DNA of 63,862 bases, counting the filler, from an uncultured Methanosarcinales archaeon (GTDB lineage Archaea > Nanobdellota > Nanobdellia > Woesearchaeales > CAZXZL01): the NCBI GenBank assembly GCA_964645415.1. It is 4 parts of 4 records of this genome, joined end to end, with 100 filler letters (N's around TTAATTAATTAA, not from the genome) between each part and the next. Parts side by side here need not be neighbours in the genome. Positions count along the whole stretch, not along the records: positions 4,124 to 34,782 come from CAZXZL010000008.1; 3 more parts are not named here. The stretch is one strand, 5' to 3'. The translations under genes and the position numbers were made by a program. Below the pieces are notes generated by a model, which was given only the letters and a program-made list of their open reading frames with translations, was not told where the DNA came from and made no database searches. How positions within the stretch are numbered: the stretch's first letter is position 1; every line of letters begins with the position of its first letter. This document shows, piece by piece, positions 19,881 to 32,400 of this stretch.

Positions 19881-20172
19881 TATCATCACCGTCTTTTTCA
19901 AAAGTATTTCTGTTAACATAATGTTTTAATTCAATCCTTTTTAAGTCTTTAACTTTATTATAAATTAAAAACTCAACTTTAGCTTTTTTTAATCCATAAT
20001 CAGTATTAATATTTCTAATAATGATTTTATCTTTTTTTGCAGAGTACTTTGCAGCAATCATATTAGTTAATTCCTCTCTTGAAGGAGTTTGAGTATCAAA
20101 TTCAACTCCAATAACATAACGTTTACGATCATATAGTTCTTCATCTTTTTTTAAAATTTCATTAATTTTCAT
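19870..20172 (-). CDS. rps24e: 30S ribosomal protein S24e
   Basis: TPSREEL, INTDYG; position between spt4 and rps27ae. Confidence 0.88.
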   Translation of the reverse strand: MKINEILKKDEELYDRKRYVIGVEFDTQTPSREELTNMIAAKYSAKKDKIIIRNINTDYGLKKAKVEFLIYNKVKDLKRIELKHYVNRNTFEKDGDDNDE

Positions 20173-20195
20173 ATTTAATCACCATTAAAACATAA

Positions 20196-20384
20196 TTATT
20201 GAGTTCTAATTGCATACTTCCCTTTCATATTTAAATTTAATTCTTTAGCTACATTAGACCTTTTAGGATCTAATATATACATTACACCTTTATAATTAGA
20301 TGTGAAATTAGAATTATTACAGATAGGACATTCAGAACCTTTCACAAAAATCCTACAAGTAGAACAAACTTTATCTTTACTCAT
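20196..20384 (-). CDS. spt4: Transcription elongation factor Spt4 (RpoE'')
   Basis: CSTC..CPIC, ILDPKRSNVAK..GKYAIR; overlaps the rpoE' stop. Confidence 0.92.
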   Translation of the reverse strand: MSKDKVCSTCRIFVKGSECPICNNSNFTSNYKGVMYILDPKRSNVAKELNLNMKGKYAIRTQ

Positions 20385-20967
20385 CAGAATCACCTTTATC
20401 ATCAACTTCTTTATTTTTTGATTTAGTATTATCATCACTATCTTCTTTAAACCATTCTAAATTACCTAATCCTTCTTGTCTCATAACAAGACCAATTCTT
20501 GGATTATCAATATCTTTGTAACTAATAGCGATAGTTCTAGCTTTACATAAATCACCAACTTTTAATGATTTTTTAGTTTCTTTTCCTTGAAGTACTTTAT
20601 CTTTATTAAAACTTACATAATCGTCCATCGTTTGTGAAATATGAACCATTCCATCAACAGGACCAATGTTTAAGAAAAGACCAAAATCAGTAATTTCTCT
20701 AACTCCTCCATAAACAAGTTCATGCATTTCAGGTTTAAAACTAAGAACTTTAAATGTAGCAGGATAATAAACTCCTCCATTTTCAGGTAAGACAGTTCCT
20801 TCACCAATCTTCACAACATCTATTACTTCAATTAAAAAACCTAAATCTTTCGAAATGAAACCTTTGAACTTTTCCCTTAATTGCTCATGAATAACTCCTT
20901 TTACTTCTTCAGTTAACTCTCTAGGAGGTATCCTCACAAAATCTTTTACTTCAACGACATAGTACAT
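20377..20967 (-). CDS. rpoE1: DNA-directed RNA polymerase subunit E' (Rpo7)
   Basis: VRIPP, FGLFLNIGPVDGMVHISQ S1 domain, RQEGLG. Confidence 0.95.
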   Translation of the reverse strand: MYYVVEVKDFVRIPPRELTEEVKGVIHEQLREKFKGFISKDLGFLIEVIDVVKIGEGTVLPENGGVYYPATFKVLSFKPEMHELVYGGVREITDFGLFLNIGPVDGMVHISQTMDDYVSFNKDKVLQGKETKKSLKVGDLCKARTIAISYKDIDNPRIGLVMRQEGLGNLEWFKEDSDDNTKSKNKEVDDKGDSDE

Positions 20968-21291
20968 ATTCTCACACCTTATTGATAGACATAATAATAG
21001 AAACTATACATTTGTAAATAAAATCTCTTTTTAAATTTTTCTACTATATATAAAAATAACTTAATAAAAGTATAATATTATTACAATAAATTACAATAAA
21101 ACAACATAAAATAAACTAATTTATAAATTAATCAAAAATTATAAAAGATATACTTATTATAAAAGCATAAGAATTTAAAATTATTACTATAAGAATATAA
21201 AAAGTAAGAATAAAATTTATAAATGCTTTATTTTTCCAAAATAATGTATGTTTGTTTGAATTATCATATTCTAAATATAAGGTGAAAAATA

Positions 21292-21729
21292 ATGGGTAAT
21301 AAACCTAACGGATTGTTCACAGCTAGGAAGCTAGAAAAAAGAAGGAAAAGATTTCAAGAATGTAGTAAATCTTATGTAAGAAAGAAGTACGGAATTAAAA
21401 AGAAATATGATCCATTATCTGGGTCTCCTCAAGGAAGAGGAATTGTACTTGAAAAAGTTCAAATTGAAGCAAAACAACCTAACTCCGCACTTAGAAAATG
21501 TGTAAAAGTTCAACTTATTAAAAATGGAAGACAAATTACATCATTTCTTCCAGGAGATGATGCTAGTAAATTTATTGAAGAGCATGACGAAGTTACTATT
21601 CAGCCAATTGGTGGAAGACAAGGACGTTCTAAAGGAGATATCCCAGGAGTTAGATGGGAAGTTATCAAAGTTAATGGTCAATCACTTGATGCATTACTAA
21701 AAGGAAAAATCGAAAAAGCGAGGAGATAA
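21292..21729 (+). CDS. rps12: 30S ribosomal protein S12 (uS12)
   Basis: [30 protein letters not shown]. Confidence 0.97.
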   Translation: MGNKPNGLFTARKLEKRRKRFQECSKSYVRKKYGIKKKYDPLSGSPQGRGIVLEKVQIEAKQPNSALRKCVKVQLIKNGRQITSFLPGDDASKFIEEHDEVTIQPIGGRQGRSKGDIPGVRWEVIKVNGQSLDALLKGKIEKARR

Positions 21730-21731
21730 AA

Positions 21732-22325
21732 ATGTATAAGTTATTCAATAAATGGTCATTTGAAGGAATTAATGTGGGAGATCCTGGTCTTACAAAATAT
21801 ATTAATTTAGATCCAGTTATTATTCCACTTAGTGGAGGAAGACATGCTGATACTCAATTTCATAAATCCAATGTCTCAATTGTAGAAAGATTAATGAACA
21901 AAATTGTTGTATCCGGTCATAATAGAAAAAAACATAAAAGAACATCTGGTCATATGACAGGAAAAAAACAAAAAGCTATGAACTTATTAAAAGAATCTTT
22001 TAAGATTATTGAAGAAAAATTAGATGAGAATCCAATTAAAGTTCTTACAAAAGCTGTTGAGAAAAGTGCTCCACGAGAAGAGATTATTACAATTGAATAT
22101 GGTGGTGCAAGATATCCTCAAGCAGTAGAATGTTCTCCACAAAGAAGAATTGATTTAGCTTTGAGATGGATTGCTCAAGGAAGTTATTCAGATTCTTTTA
22201 AATCAAATAATGATTATGAAAAATGTTTAGCAAAAGAAATAATTGCAGCTTATAATGAAGATCGAAATTCAAATGCAATTTCAAAAAAGTTTAATCTTGA
22301 AAGACAAGCTGATTCTGCTAGATAG
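21732..22325 (+). CDS. rps7: 30S ribosomal protein S7 (uS7)
   Basis: KLFNKW..V.DPGL, IVERLMNK, APREE, SPQRRIDLALR, ERQADSAR. Confidence 0.97.
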   Translation: MYKLFNKWSFEGINVGDPGLTKYINLDPVIIPLSGGRHADTQFHKSNVSIVERLMNKIVVSGHNRKKHKRTSGHMTGKKQKAMNLLKESFKIIEEKLDENPIKVLTKAVEKSAPREEIITIEYGGARYPQAVECSPQRRIDLALRWIAQGSYSDSFKSNNDYEKCLAKEIIAAYNEDRNSNAISKKFNLERQADSAR

Positions 22326-22402
22326 ATATTATTAATTTTTTCTTTTTTTCTTTTTAATATTTTTTCTAATTAAAATTAAACTAAAATAATCAATTTTTAT
22401 TT

Positions 22403-23119
22403 TTATTCACTCAATAATTCAATTAATTTTTGCTTTAATAGATTCATATCTTGAATTATATGAAAAGGATGATCTAGTTTAGGATTATTTAATTTATAAT
22501 CTCCATTTTTATCAAAAAGAATAGAATCAATTCCTAAAGAAGTTGCACCTTTAATATCTTTTTCAAGATTATCTCCAACCATTAAAGCTTCATTTGTTTT
22601 CACATTTAATACATGTAATGTTTTTAAGAATATTGAAGAATGAGGTTTTTCTCTTAATGCTTCCTCTGATGTAATTACTGCATCTAAATATTTTGAAATA
22701 TTTAAGTGTTCTATTTTTTTTAATTGAATCATTGAGTTTAAATTAGTTGTTATTGCAATTTTTAGATTATTAGAAGACAAATACTCAAAAACTTCTTCAA
22801 TACCATTAAATAACTCCATTTGATTAAAAAAACCATCATAATATGAATTATATAAACTAATTATAAATTCAGAGTCAAAATTAGAACTAAGTTTCATAAA
22901 TAGTTTTTTAAAATAAATAATTCTATTATGAGAGGAAGAAACACCGCTAAGTTCTTTATGAGTTTCTTTTCGAACCTTATTATACAATTGAATATAATCT
23001 TCAAAACTAACATTATATTTTTCTTTTAAATACTTATAACTAAATTCAAGACCATTCTTATGACATAAATCATAATCATAAAGTGTATTATCTAAATCAA
23101 AAATTATTGCTTTTTTCAT
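22403..23119 (-). CDS. HAD-superfamily hydrolase (subfamily IA, YjjG-like)
   Basis: FDLDNTL, ITTN, EKP, MVGDNLEKDIKGA. Confidence 0.9.
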   Translation of the reverse strand: MKKAIIFDLDNTLYDYDLCHKNGLEFSYKYLKEKYNVSFEDYIQLYNKVRKETHKELSGVSSSHNRIIYFKKLFMKLSSNFDSEFIISLYNSYYDGFFNQMELFNGIEEVFEYLSSNNLKIAITTNLNSMIQLKKIEHLNISKYLDAVITSEEALREKPHSSIFLKTLHVLNVKTNEALMVGDNLEKDIKGATSLGIDSILFDKNGDYKLNNPKLDHPFHIIQDMNLLKQKLIELLSE

Positions 23120-23169
23120 TCTATCACAATAGATAAATAATTTAAATCATTAAATATTTTTTGAATAAA

Positions 23170-23739
23170 ATGGAAGATGGATATATAAAATTCAAAATTG
23201 AAAGAATTGATAAAAAAATCATAAATGATTCAGATATTAAAGAATTAAATATATTTAGGAAAAAACTAAAAGATATGAATTTGGTAGGTATGAAAGATAA
23301 TGGTGTAGGATTTGGAAATATTAGTATAAGATATAAAAAAGGATTTATAATCACAGCATCAGCAACCGGTGGAATAAAAGAACTTACCTCAAATGATTAT
23401 TCTTATGTATACAAACATAATCTAAATGAGAATAAAATATTTTGTAAAGGATTAAAAAATGCTTCATCAGAATCCTTATCTCATGCAGTAATTTATGAAA
23501 AGAATAAAAATATTAATTCAGTAATTCACATACATTCAAAAAAATTATGGGATAAGTATTATAATAAATTACCTACGACTGATCCAAAAGCAAGTTATGG
23601 GACAGTAGAAATAGCAAAAGATATTAAAAATAAAATAGAAGGCGATGAAGGAATTATAGTAATGGGTGGACATGAGGAAGGAATAATAAGTTATTCTAAA
23701 AATCTTTCCAATGCTTTTAAAAAAATAAAAAAATTATAA
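23170..23739 (+). CDS. Class II aldolase/adducin family protein
   Basis: GNISIR, ITASAT, ASSESLSHAVIY, VIHIH, MGGHEEG. Confidence 0.85.
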   Translation: MEDGYIKFKIERIDKKIINDSDIKELNIFRKKLKDMNLVGMKDNGVGFGNISIRYKKGFIITASATGGIKELTSNDYSYVYKHNLNENKIFCKGLKNASSESLSHAVIYEKNKNINSVIHIHSKKLWDKYYNKLPTTDPKASYGTVEIAKDIKNKIEGDEGIIVMGGHEEGIISYSKNLSNAFKKIKKL

Positions 23740-23755
23740 AAAATGAAAATGGAGT

Positions 23756-24229
23756 TTAAAAAACTCCACTTTCAATTAAATTTCCATTTGACAAAAAATT
23801 TTGTTTTTCAATTTCTTCTAGTGTATAATGATGTTTTATATTACTACAAAATTTCTTTAAGTCTCTTTCAAACTTTTCAGATTCTACTAGACTTTTAAAA
23901 AAACAATCAAAAAGAAAATCAAATTGATTGTTAATCCTTAATAAACTATTTAAGTGTCCAGATTTTTTTAAAAAATCTTTCAAATCTTCTTCTTTATCTT
24001 CAGATACCCTTACAAGAAAGAAAGTTCTCATTTTATAACCAATCTCTTTAAAATCAAGTAAAATTGTTGGTTTTAGTTTTATTCTATTTTTATATCTCTT
24101 TAATTTCTCATAACTTGTACTTACAGGGATACCTGTTTTTTTAGAAAGATCTGTCAAAGTCATTCTTCCATCTTCTCTTAAATGAGATAAGAGAAGTATT
24201 TCCTTTTCTTTTAAGTTTTTAAATTCCAT
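23756..24229 (-). CDS. Lrp/AsnC family transcriptional regulator
   Basis: LREDGRMTLTDLSKKTGIPVST HTH, LDFKEIGY linker, RAM-like C-terminus. Confidence 0.88.
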   Translation of the reverse strand: MEFKNLKEKEILLLSHLREDGRMTLTDLSKKTGIPVSTSYEKLKRYKNRIKLKPTILLDFKEIGYKMRTFFLVRVSEDKEEDLKDFLKKSGHLNSLLRINNQFDFLFDCFFKSLVESEKFERDLKKFCSNIKHHYTLEEIEKQNFLSNGNLIESGVF

Positions 24230-24390
24230 TTTAAAATTGAAAAATTGGTTTTTATAATAATCTTGATATATATTTTACATGAAAAAATATAACAACTTTT
24301 AAATAGTCAATAAAATAATTTACTGAAGAGTAACTACAAAAACAAAATATTTATAAATAAGTTTTTTACTAAAAAAATAGGGGTTTGGAA

Positions 24391-25248
24391 ATGGAAAAAG
24401 TAGATGAAAGTATAAAAAAATCACTAAAAGTCTTAAATCTTACAGATTATGAAACTAAAATATGGATTACTATTCTTTCAAAAGGGATTGCTGATCCAAA
24501 AGAAATATCCAATATTACTTCAATTCCAAGATCAAGAACATATGAAGTTTTAGATAGTTTAGAAAAAAAAGGATTTATAATGTTAAAATTAGGGAAACCT
24601 AAAAAATATATTTCTATATCTCCTAAAAAGATTATTCAATTAGCAAAAAATAAAGAAAAGACTTCAATGGAAAAAGAGATTAATAGAATAGAAAAAGTAG
24701 AAGAGGAAATTATTGGTAAATTAGATAATATCTATAATAGAAATAAGAAAGAAGATATTTCAACAGAAAATATAATAAGTATTACAAATGGAAAATCAAA
24801 ACAACTTGAAAATATTAAAATGCTTATTAAAAGTACAGAAAAACAAATTAAAATTTTTACAGAAGTTGAGTTATTAGAAGATATTATTTTATTATTTAAA
24901 AAAGACTTAAATGATTTGATTAATAGAAACGTTGATGTGAAGATAATCACAAAAATAAATTCGAAAAAGAAAAAAGAATTAATAAGGGAAGAAATAAACT
25001 TTATAAAAATCAAAGAGATAGAACAAGATATAAAGAAAGGATTTATTATTGTAGATGGAAAAGAGATAAACTTTACTTCATTAAAAGATGATAATAATAA
25101 AAAGCAATCTTTTTGGGTAAATACAAGTTTTTTTGGAAAAGCATTATCAAAAATGTTTGATATAGCATGGAAAAATGGAGAATTAATTACAGGAGCTAGT
25201 AAAAAAAATAAAGTAGAGACGAAAAAAAGAAAAAAAATTAAAATTTGA
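24391..25248 (+). CDS. TrmB family transcriptional regulator
   Basis: LNLTDYETKIW..IPRSRTYEVLDSLEKKGF..KPKKY; C-terminal IIVDGKE domain. Confidence 0.9.
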   Translation: MEKVDESIKKSLKVLNLTDYETKIWITILSKGIADPKEISNITSIPRSRTYEVLDSLEKKGFIMLKLGKPKKYISISPKKIIQLAKNKEKTSMEKEINRIEKVEEEIIGKLDNIYNRNKKEDISTENIISITNGKSKQLENIKMLIKSTEKQIKIFTEVELLEDIILLFKKDLNDLINRNVDVKIITKINSKKKKELIREEINFIKIKEIEQDIKKGFIIVDGKEINFTSLKDDNNKKQSFWVNTSFFGKALSKMFDIAWKNGELITGASKKNKVETKKRKKIKI

Positions 25249-25253
25249 TTAAA

Positions 25254-26876
25254 TTAATTTGTAATATAATTATAAATATAAGGAATTAATTCTCTTTTTC
25301 TTGACATAAAAGGAACTATATTAAATCCATTTTTTTCATCAAAATTATTAAAACCATTAAAGTAAGGTTTAGATAAAATATAAGATTTTTTTTCAACAAC
25401 ATCAGTCAACATTAGAATAAAATAGTCAAAATCTTTATTCTTCTTTAAATTATTCATCTCTTTAATAAATTCATTTTTTCGATTGATTAAATTCTCAATA
25501 TTAACAACTTGTAATTGAGAAATAAAAAAAGAATTATCGTTAAAATCATATGTCTTTTTATCTAATAATAATAAAGTTTTTACTTCTTTATTAAAAAGAG
25601 AATTATTTGATTCAAATATTTTTTTCCCTAGTTTTTTATAACTCATATCAAGATTTTTAGATAATGAATTCACTGCTTTTTTATCTCTATTAGTTGTTGT
25701 TGGAGAAGTTAAAATAATAGTATCAGATAAAATAGCGGATAATAATAAAATACCAATATTATAAGGGATATCAACTTTATTTTCAATAAATTTTTCATAA
25801 ATTAATGTAGCTGTGGAACCAACTGGATCAATTTCAATATTAACAGGTTTTATTGTTCTAATATCCCCTAGTTTATGATGATCAATTATTTCAACAATAT
25901 TTGCATTTTCATCAAGACCATCAATTCCTAAACTATATTGATTATGATCAACTAAAACAACATTTTTTTCTTTATGTTTTAATACCTCTTTTTTTCCAAC
26001 TACACCTAAAAGATTTTTTTCTTGATTTAATATAGGTATAGAATAATCTTTGTTTAAAATTTCTTCTCGGCTTTCATCAATATGATCATCTGGAAGGAAG
26101 TATGAAAAATCTTCTTTCATGAAATTATCAATTGATTGAGAATAAAATAAGAATTGAATAATAGAGGCCATATCTAAAGAAGATAAAATAATATTATAAT
26201 CAATAGATAAATAATTCTTTTCAAAATAAGATTTAAACTTATTTTTTGTTTCTTCATTAGAGTTTACAACAATTAAAGAATTTAAGTCATAATCTTTATT
26301 AAAAAAAGATTCATATGAAATATTTTTAGAAGAAATAATTAAAACATCATTAGAAGATAATTTTTCTAATTCACAATCACTAAAAAATTTGATTTCACCT
26401 TCTAAAAAGTTACCATTTTTATATTTAAAAATAGAATCAGATTTTTTACTTAACCAATCAACATGAACGGAGATATTATTTTTTGTTTTTGTAATCATAT
26501 TCCTAATAAGTGCTCTTGATAAGTAATCTATAGTTACAATCCCTTCAACTTTTCTATTTTCATCAATAACGACCAATGTATCAACAGAATACTCAATCAT
26601 TTTAATAATACAATCATAAATAGTATCTGTTTTAAAACAAGAAATAGGATACTTCATGACATCAGACATCCTTGTTTTTAAATCATTCAAAAATAGTGGC
26701 TTTTCAATATTAAATTCATCTAAGATATACTTTGTTTCCTCATTTAAACTACCACAAAATGCAGGAATGTAATTTGTATCTTTGTCAAGTCTATTCTTTA
26801 AAAAAGAATAACTAATAGAACTTGCAATAGAATCAAGGTCGGGGCTTTTATGTCCAATAACATACACTTCTTTCAT
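25254..26876 (-). CDS. ppaC: Mn-dependent inorganic pyrophosphatase, family II, with CBS insert
   Basis: GHKSPDLDSI, CBS pair insert, VDHN, IIDHH, GSTATL, ILSDT, SRK. Confidence 0.9.
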   Translation of the reverse strand: MKEVYVIGHKSPDLDSIASSISYSFLKNRLDKDTNYIPAFCGSLNEETKYILDEFNIEKPLFLNDLKTRMSDVMKYPISCFKTDTIYDCIIKMIEYSVDTLVVIDENRKVEGIVTIDYLSRALIRNMITKTKNNISVHVDWLSKKSDSIFKYKNGNFLEGEIKFFSDCELEKLSSNDVLIISSKNISYESFFNKDYDLNSLIVVNSNEETKNKFKSYFEKNYLSIDYNIILSSLDMASIIQFLFYSQSIDNFMKEDFSYFLPDDHIDESREEILNKDYSIPILNQEKNLLGVVGKKEVLKHKEKNVVLVDHNQYSLGIDGLDENANIVEIIDHHKLGDIRTIKPVNIEIDPVGSTATLIYEKFIENKVDIPYNIGILLLSAILSDTIILTSPTTTNRDKKAVNSLSKNLDMSYKKLGKKIFESNNSLFNKEVKTLLLLDKKTYDFNDNSFFISQLQVVNIENLINRKNEFIKEMNNLKKNKDFDYFILMLTDVVEKKSYILSKPYFNGFNNFDEKNGFNIVPFMSRKRELIPYIYNYITN

Positions 26877-26922
26877 ACAAACCAATAAGAAAAAGAATGT
26901 TTTTAAAATTTTCTGTTAAAAA

Positions 26923-28612
<1,690 letters not shown>

Positions 28613-28613
28613 T

Positions 28614-29087
28614 TTACTCAAAATGAATTTTTTTATTTTGTCTAATTGAAATTATATTAATTACATCCCGAACATTTCTTTTTAGACCACTGTCTGTTGT
28701 AAATAAATAAGATTTACTAAAATCAAAATTAGTTTCTGAAAATAATTTTATAAAGAGATCATCAGCAATTTTATCTCCATAATTATAATCTGTTTCTATT
28801 AAAAGAAACTTTGATTTATATAAGTTAAGTAAAGGTAAAAATAAATTTGTATTATTCTTTTTAGATTGGCTAATAGTAATTATTGATTCTAATTCTTCAA
28901 CAACAAAGTTAAATAAAACAAAAATACAGTTACCTAATTCTGCTTTTATATCACCAAGAAAATCAAAATTAGAATTATAAGGTACAAAGAAAGCATTTGT
29001 ATCTAAAAAAACTAATTTTTCATTATTTAATTTATGTAATTTTTCAAAATTACTCTTATTCAACTCATATAAATTTTCAGTTATCAT
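28614..29087 (-). CDS. PIN-domain protein (Fcf1/Utp24-like)
   Basis: LVFLDTN, VVEEL, ADD, TTDSGLK acidic pattern, IRQNKK end. Confidence 0.75.
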   Translation of the reverse strand: MITENLYELNKSNFEKLHKLNNEKLVFLDTNAFFVPYNSNFDFLGDIKAELGNCIFVLFNFVVEELESIITISQSKKNNTNLFLPLLNLYKSKFLLIETDYNYGDKIADDLFIKLFSETNFDFSKSYLFTTDSGLKRNVRDVINIISIRQNKKIHFE

Positions 29088-29379
29088 TTTTTGAAGAAGG
29101 ATTAAGTACTTTTTTACTAATTTGTTCTGAAACTTTTCTAGAAGATTCGTTATGATAAGAAGAGATAATCATAAATAAGCTTACGATAATTAAAGAGAAT
29201 CCAATGATTAAAGACCTAATAACTGCAAACATCTCACCTTGTAAAACATAAGATAAAAAACCACTAACTACAAATACAAAACCTAATATTAAGAATAGAA
29301 TGATAAAAATCTTTTTTTCTGTTTTTTTAGATTTTTTTTTCAACTTTTTCATATATTTTGAGTTCATAAATGTTAACAA
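29077..29379 (-). CDS. Small 2-TM membrane protein
   Basis: Basic N-terminus and two hydrophobic helices; overlaps start of PIN gene. Confidence 0.6.
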   Translation of the reverse strand: MLTFMNSKYMKKLKKKSKKTEKKIFIILFLILGFVFVVSGFLSYVLQGEMFAVIRSLIIGFSLIIVSLFMIISSYHNESSRKVSEQISKKVLNPSSKNDN

Positions 29380-29408
29380 GAAAACTATTATAAAAATTTT
29401 AAGTAAAA

Positions 29409-32400
29409 TTATTTAGTTAAATCAAAAAACATATCAGAAACTTCTTTTTTATTTAATATACCTTTTTCATTTAATTTCAATAAAATTTGGTGAACATCAT
29501 TTTTATTAATTTTATTTGTTGATAGAAGTGTAGAAAGTACTGTTTTGAAAACATTATCTCCTCCTTTTGTTTTTGATTTTTTCATATTAATTACTGAATT
29601 AACTAGTGAGTCTAAAGAATCATCTTCTTTTTCATTATCTTCTTTTTCTTCTGAATTACTATCTTCTTCATCATCATTACCTTCATTTAATTTTTCATCA
29701 ATATCATTAGTGATTTGTGAAATTTCTGGGGGTAATTGAAGTTCTAAATTAGAAGTATTATCATCATTGATTATATTATTTTTTATCTCATTATCATCTT
29801 CGATATGATTTTCAATATCTCCTTTTCTTCCATTATTATTTCCTAAATCATCATTAATATTATTAATATCATCAATTGAGTTTATTTCATTAAGTAAAAA
29901 ATTCAAATTATCTGTGTCATCACCACCAAGTTCCTTTATTATACTATCAATATCATCAGTTTTTATATCAGAATCATCATTTTCAGAATCTATTTCTTTA
30001 TTAGAATGTTCTCTTTTTAATTCATCTAATTCTTTAAATAAATTTGAAGTATTTTTTTTAGATTCTAAATCTCTAGAAAAATCATATTCTTTCTCATTCT
30101 CTTTAGAATCTTCTTCTTTTTCTTTTTTATTAGATTCTTCTTTATTTTTATTAAAAAATATCTTTTGGGGTCTATCTTCACTTCTTTCTATATTGTACTT
30201 CTCTCTAAACTCATCGATAGATAAATCTTCATTTCCTTCACCTTTCTTTTTTAGTTTCTGTATTTCTGATTTATCAAGTTCATTATTTTTATTTATCTCT
30301 TTACCGGTCTCAAAAGAATCTAATATTTTATCTTTTTTATTACCAAGTATCTTATTTTTACTTTTCTTTAAATGTTTAAGCATCATTGCTTGCATTAGTT
30401 GATCTTTATTTGAATTTTCACTTTTTGATTCTTGAATATTTTTATTATTTGAATTAAAAAGAGAAGAATCAGAATTATTTTTATCAGAGTTATTTTTATT
30501 AAAAATTGAACTCTTTTTGTTTTTTTCTATAGACTTTGAATTTTTAGAATTTGAACTTAATGAATTATCAAAGAAATCTTTGTGATTTAAGAAAAATAAA
30601 ACAAGTGATGAAATGAAAAATAAAAAAGATAAAATCCTTAATATTAAAACTAAAATGTTAAAATCCTCATCAGTATGATCAGGAGGTGTTTCATCAACTT
30701 CTTTTTCAGATAAAAATATGTTCTCAGTAAAATTTTTTTGATTTTCATCTAAACTTATTTCAATTGAGTATGGATCAAAATCAGAATGAGATGTTTCTAA
30801 ATTTTTATTAATCTCTTCACTTTCTGAAGATTTAAAAGAATAATTAAAAAATCCATCAAAATCAGTTTCACCTATAAAATCACCATTAAGCATTATTTCA
30901 ACATAACTTATTGGAAATTCTTTTTCATCATAAATTTCAGTATCAACCTCTTCATAAATATAAATTTGAATGTTATAATAGATTATTTTATCTAAGTTAT
31001 CAATTGCATCTTTTAATTCGTTATAAGAATTATCTATTTCATCAGAAGTACTATCATTATTATGATAAGTTTCATTTGCTAACTGAAAAGAATCATATAA
31101 ATCATTCCAAGAATCATTTGTATAATTATTAGATAAGTTTTCAATTGAAAAAAAATCATCTTTTACTTCTTCAATAATTATTTTGAGTTCATCTCTAGTT
31201 ACCAAATCTTCTTTATCATCATCAACATCATCAATATCAGATTTGATCTCATCATAATCAATTTCAAATGTGGAACTTCTAGGAATTCCTTCATTACTTT
31301 CAACTCTATAACAACCCCAACCTGATTCATTAATTAAAAAAGGATTAATGTAAGAAATATTTGTATTACAATCTGCTTCTTGATTAGATAAACCATATTC
31401 AAAAGAATTTAAATCACATCCAACATCTCCTGCAGTACAATTCAACTCAAGATAAATTTCATCATCTATTAATGTATAATTTTTATAAATTTCAGGTAAA
31501 TCAATATATTCTGCACATTCTTCTTCATCAAAATCAATTGAAAAACTTTGACTATGATAATCAGACCAACCATTATATCCATCACTTACTCTTAAATTAA
31601 TGTAAAAAGTTTCATCTAATTCTTCATCTATAATAAAAGCATGACCTTCATATGTAAATGAATCACTAGATGCAGTAGAGAATTCATATTTATCATAACC
31701 TTCATCATCGTAAGGAGAAGATCCAATATAATATTCAACTTCATTAACTCCGATATAATCATCTGAATCAATATCAACATCAATTTTTCTTTCACAATCA
31801 TCAGGAGTTACATCAATAGAATTAATTGTAGGTGGTGAGGAATCAATTATTAACTCGATAGAATCAGTAACATAATCACCAAGGTCATGTATATAACATT
31901 CAGCAGTAATATTATATCTACCTTCATTCAAATCAGTATGGATTTCAGTTCTATGACGATGATTATCTCTAGAACCATCTATTGATCTTACATCATCATT
32001 ATCAAAGATATAACCACAATCTGCACTTCCTGATGTTTCAATTAAAATATCTGGTCTAATATCATTTAGTATTTTATTTGAACGTGGGGGGTTAGTTTCA
32101 AAATATGTAATTTCATATCCTACAGAAGTGTCTACATTAACACTGGAAGTTTTCTTAGTTTTTAAACCTGCAGGATTTTTACAAACTACATTAAAATCAT
32201 AACTGTCATCAGAATATGAAGGTAGCGTAAAATCATTTTGATGTTCTTCTTCGTATTCACTTGATATATTATACTCCATTTCTGAAAATTCATCGGTTTC
32301 AAAATCCAATTTACAAAAAGATTCTTCATTTGTTGTAATTGTAACTTGAAATGGGTCATTTTCATTAGTTATTACTCTTGGAAAAAAATCAAAATCAATA

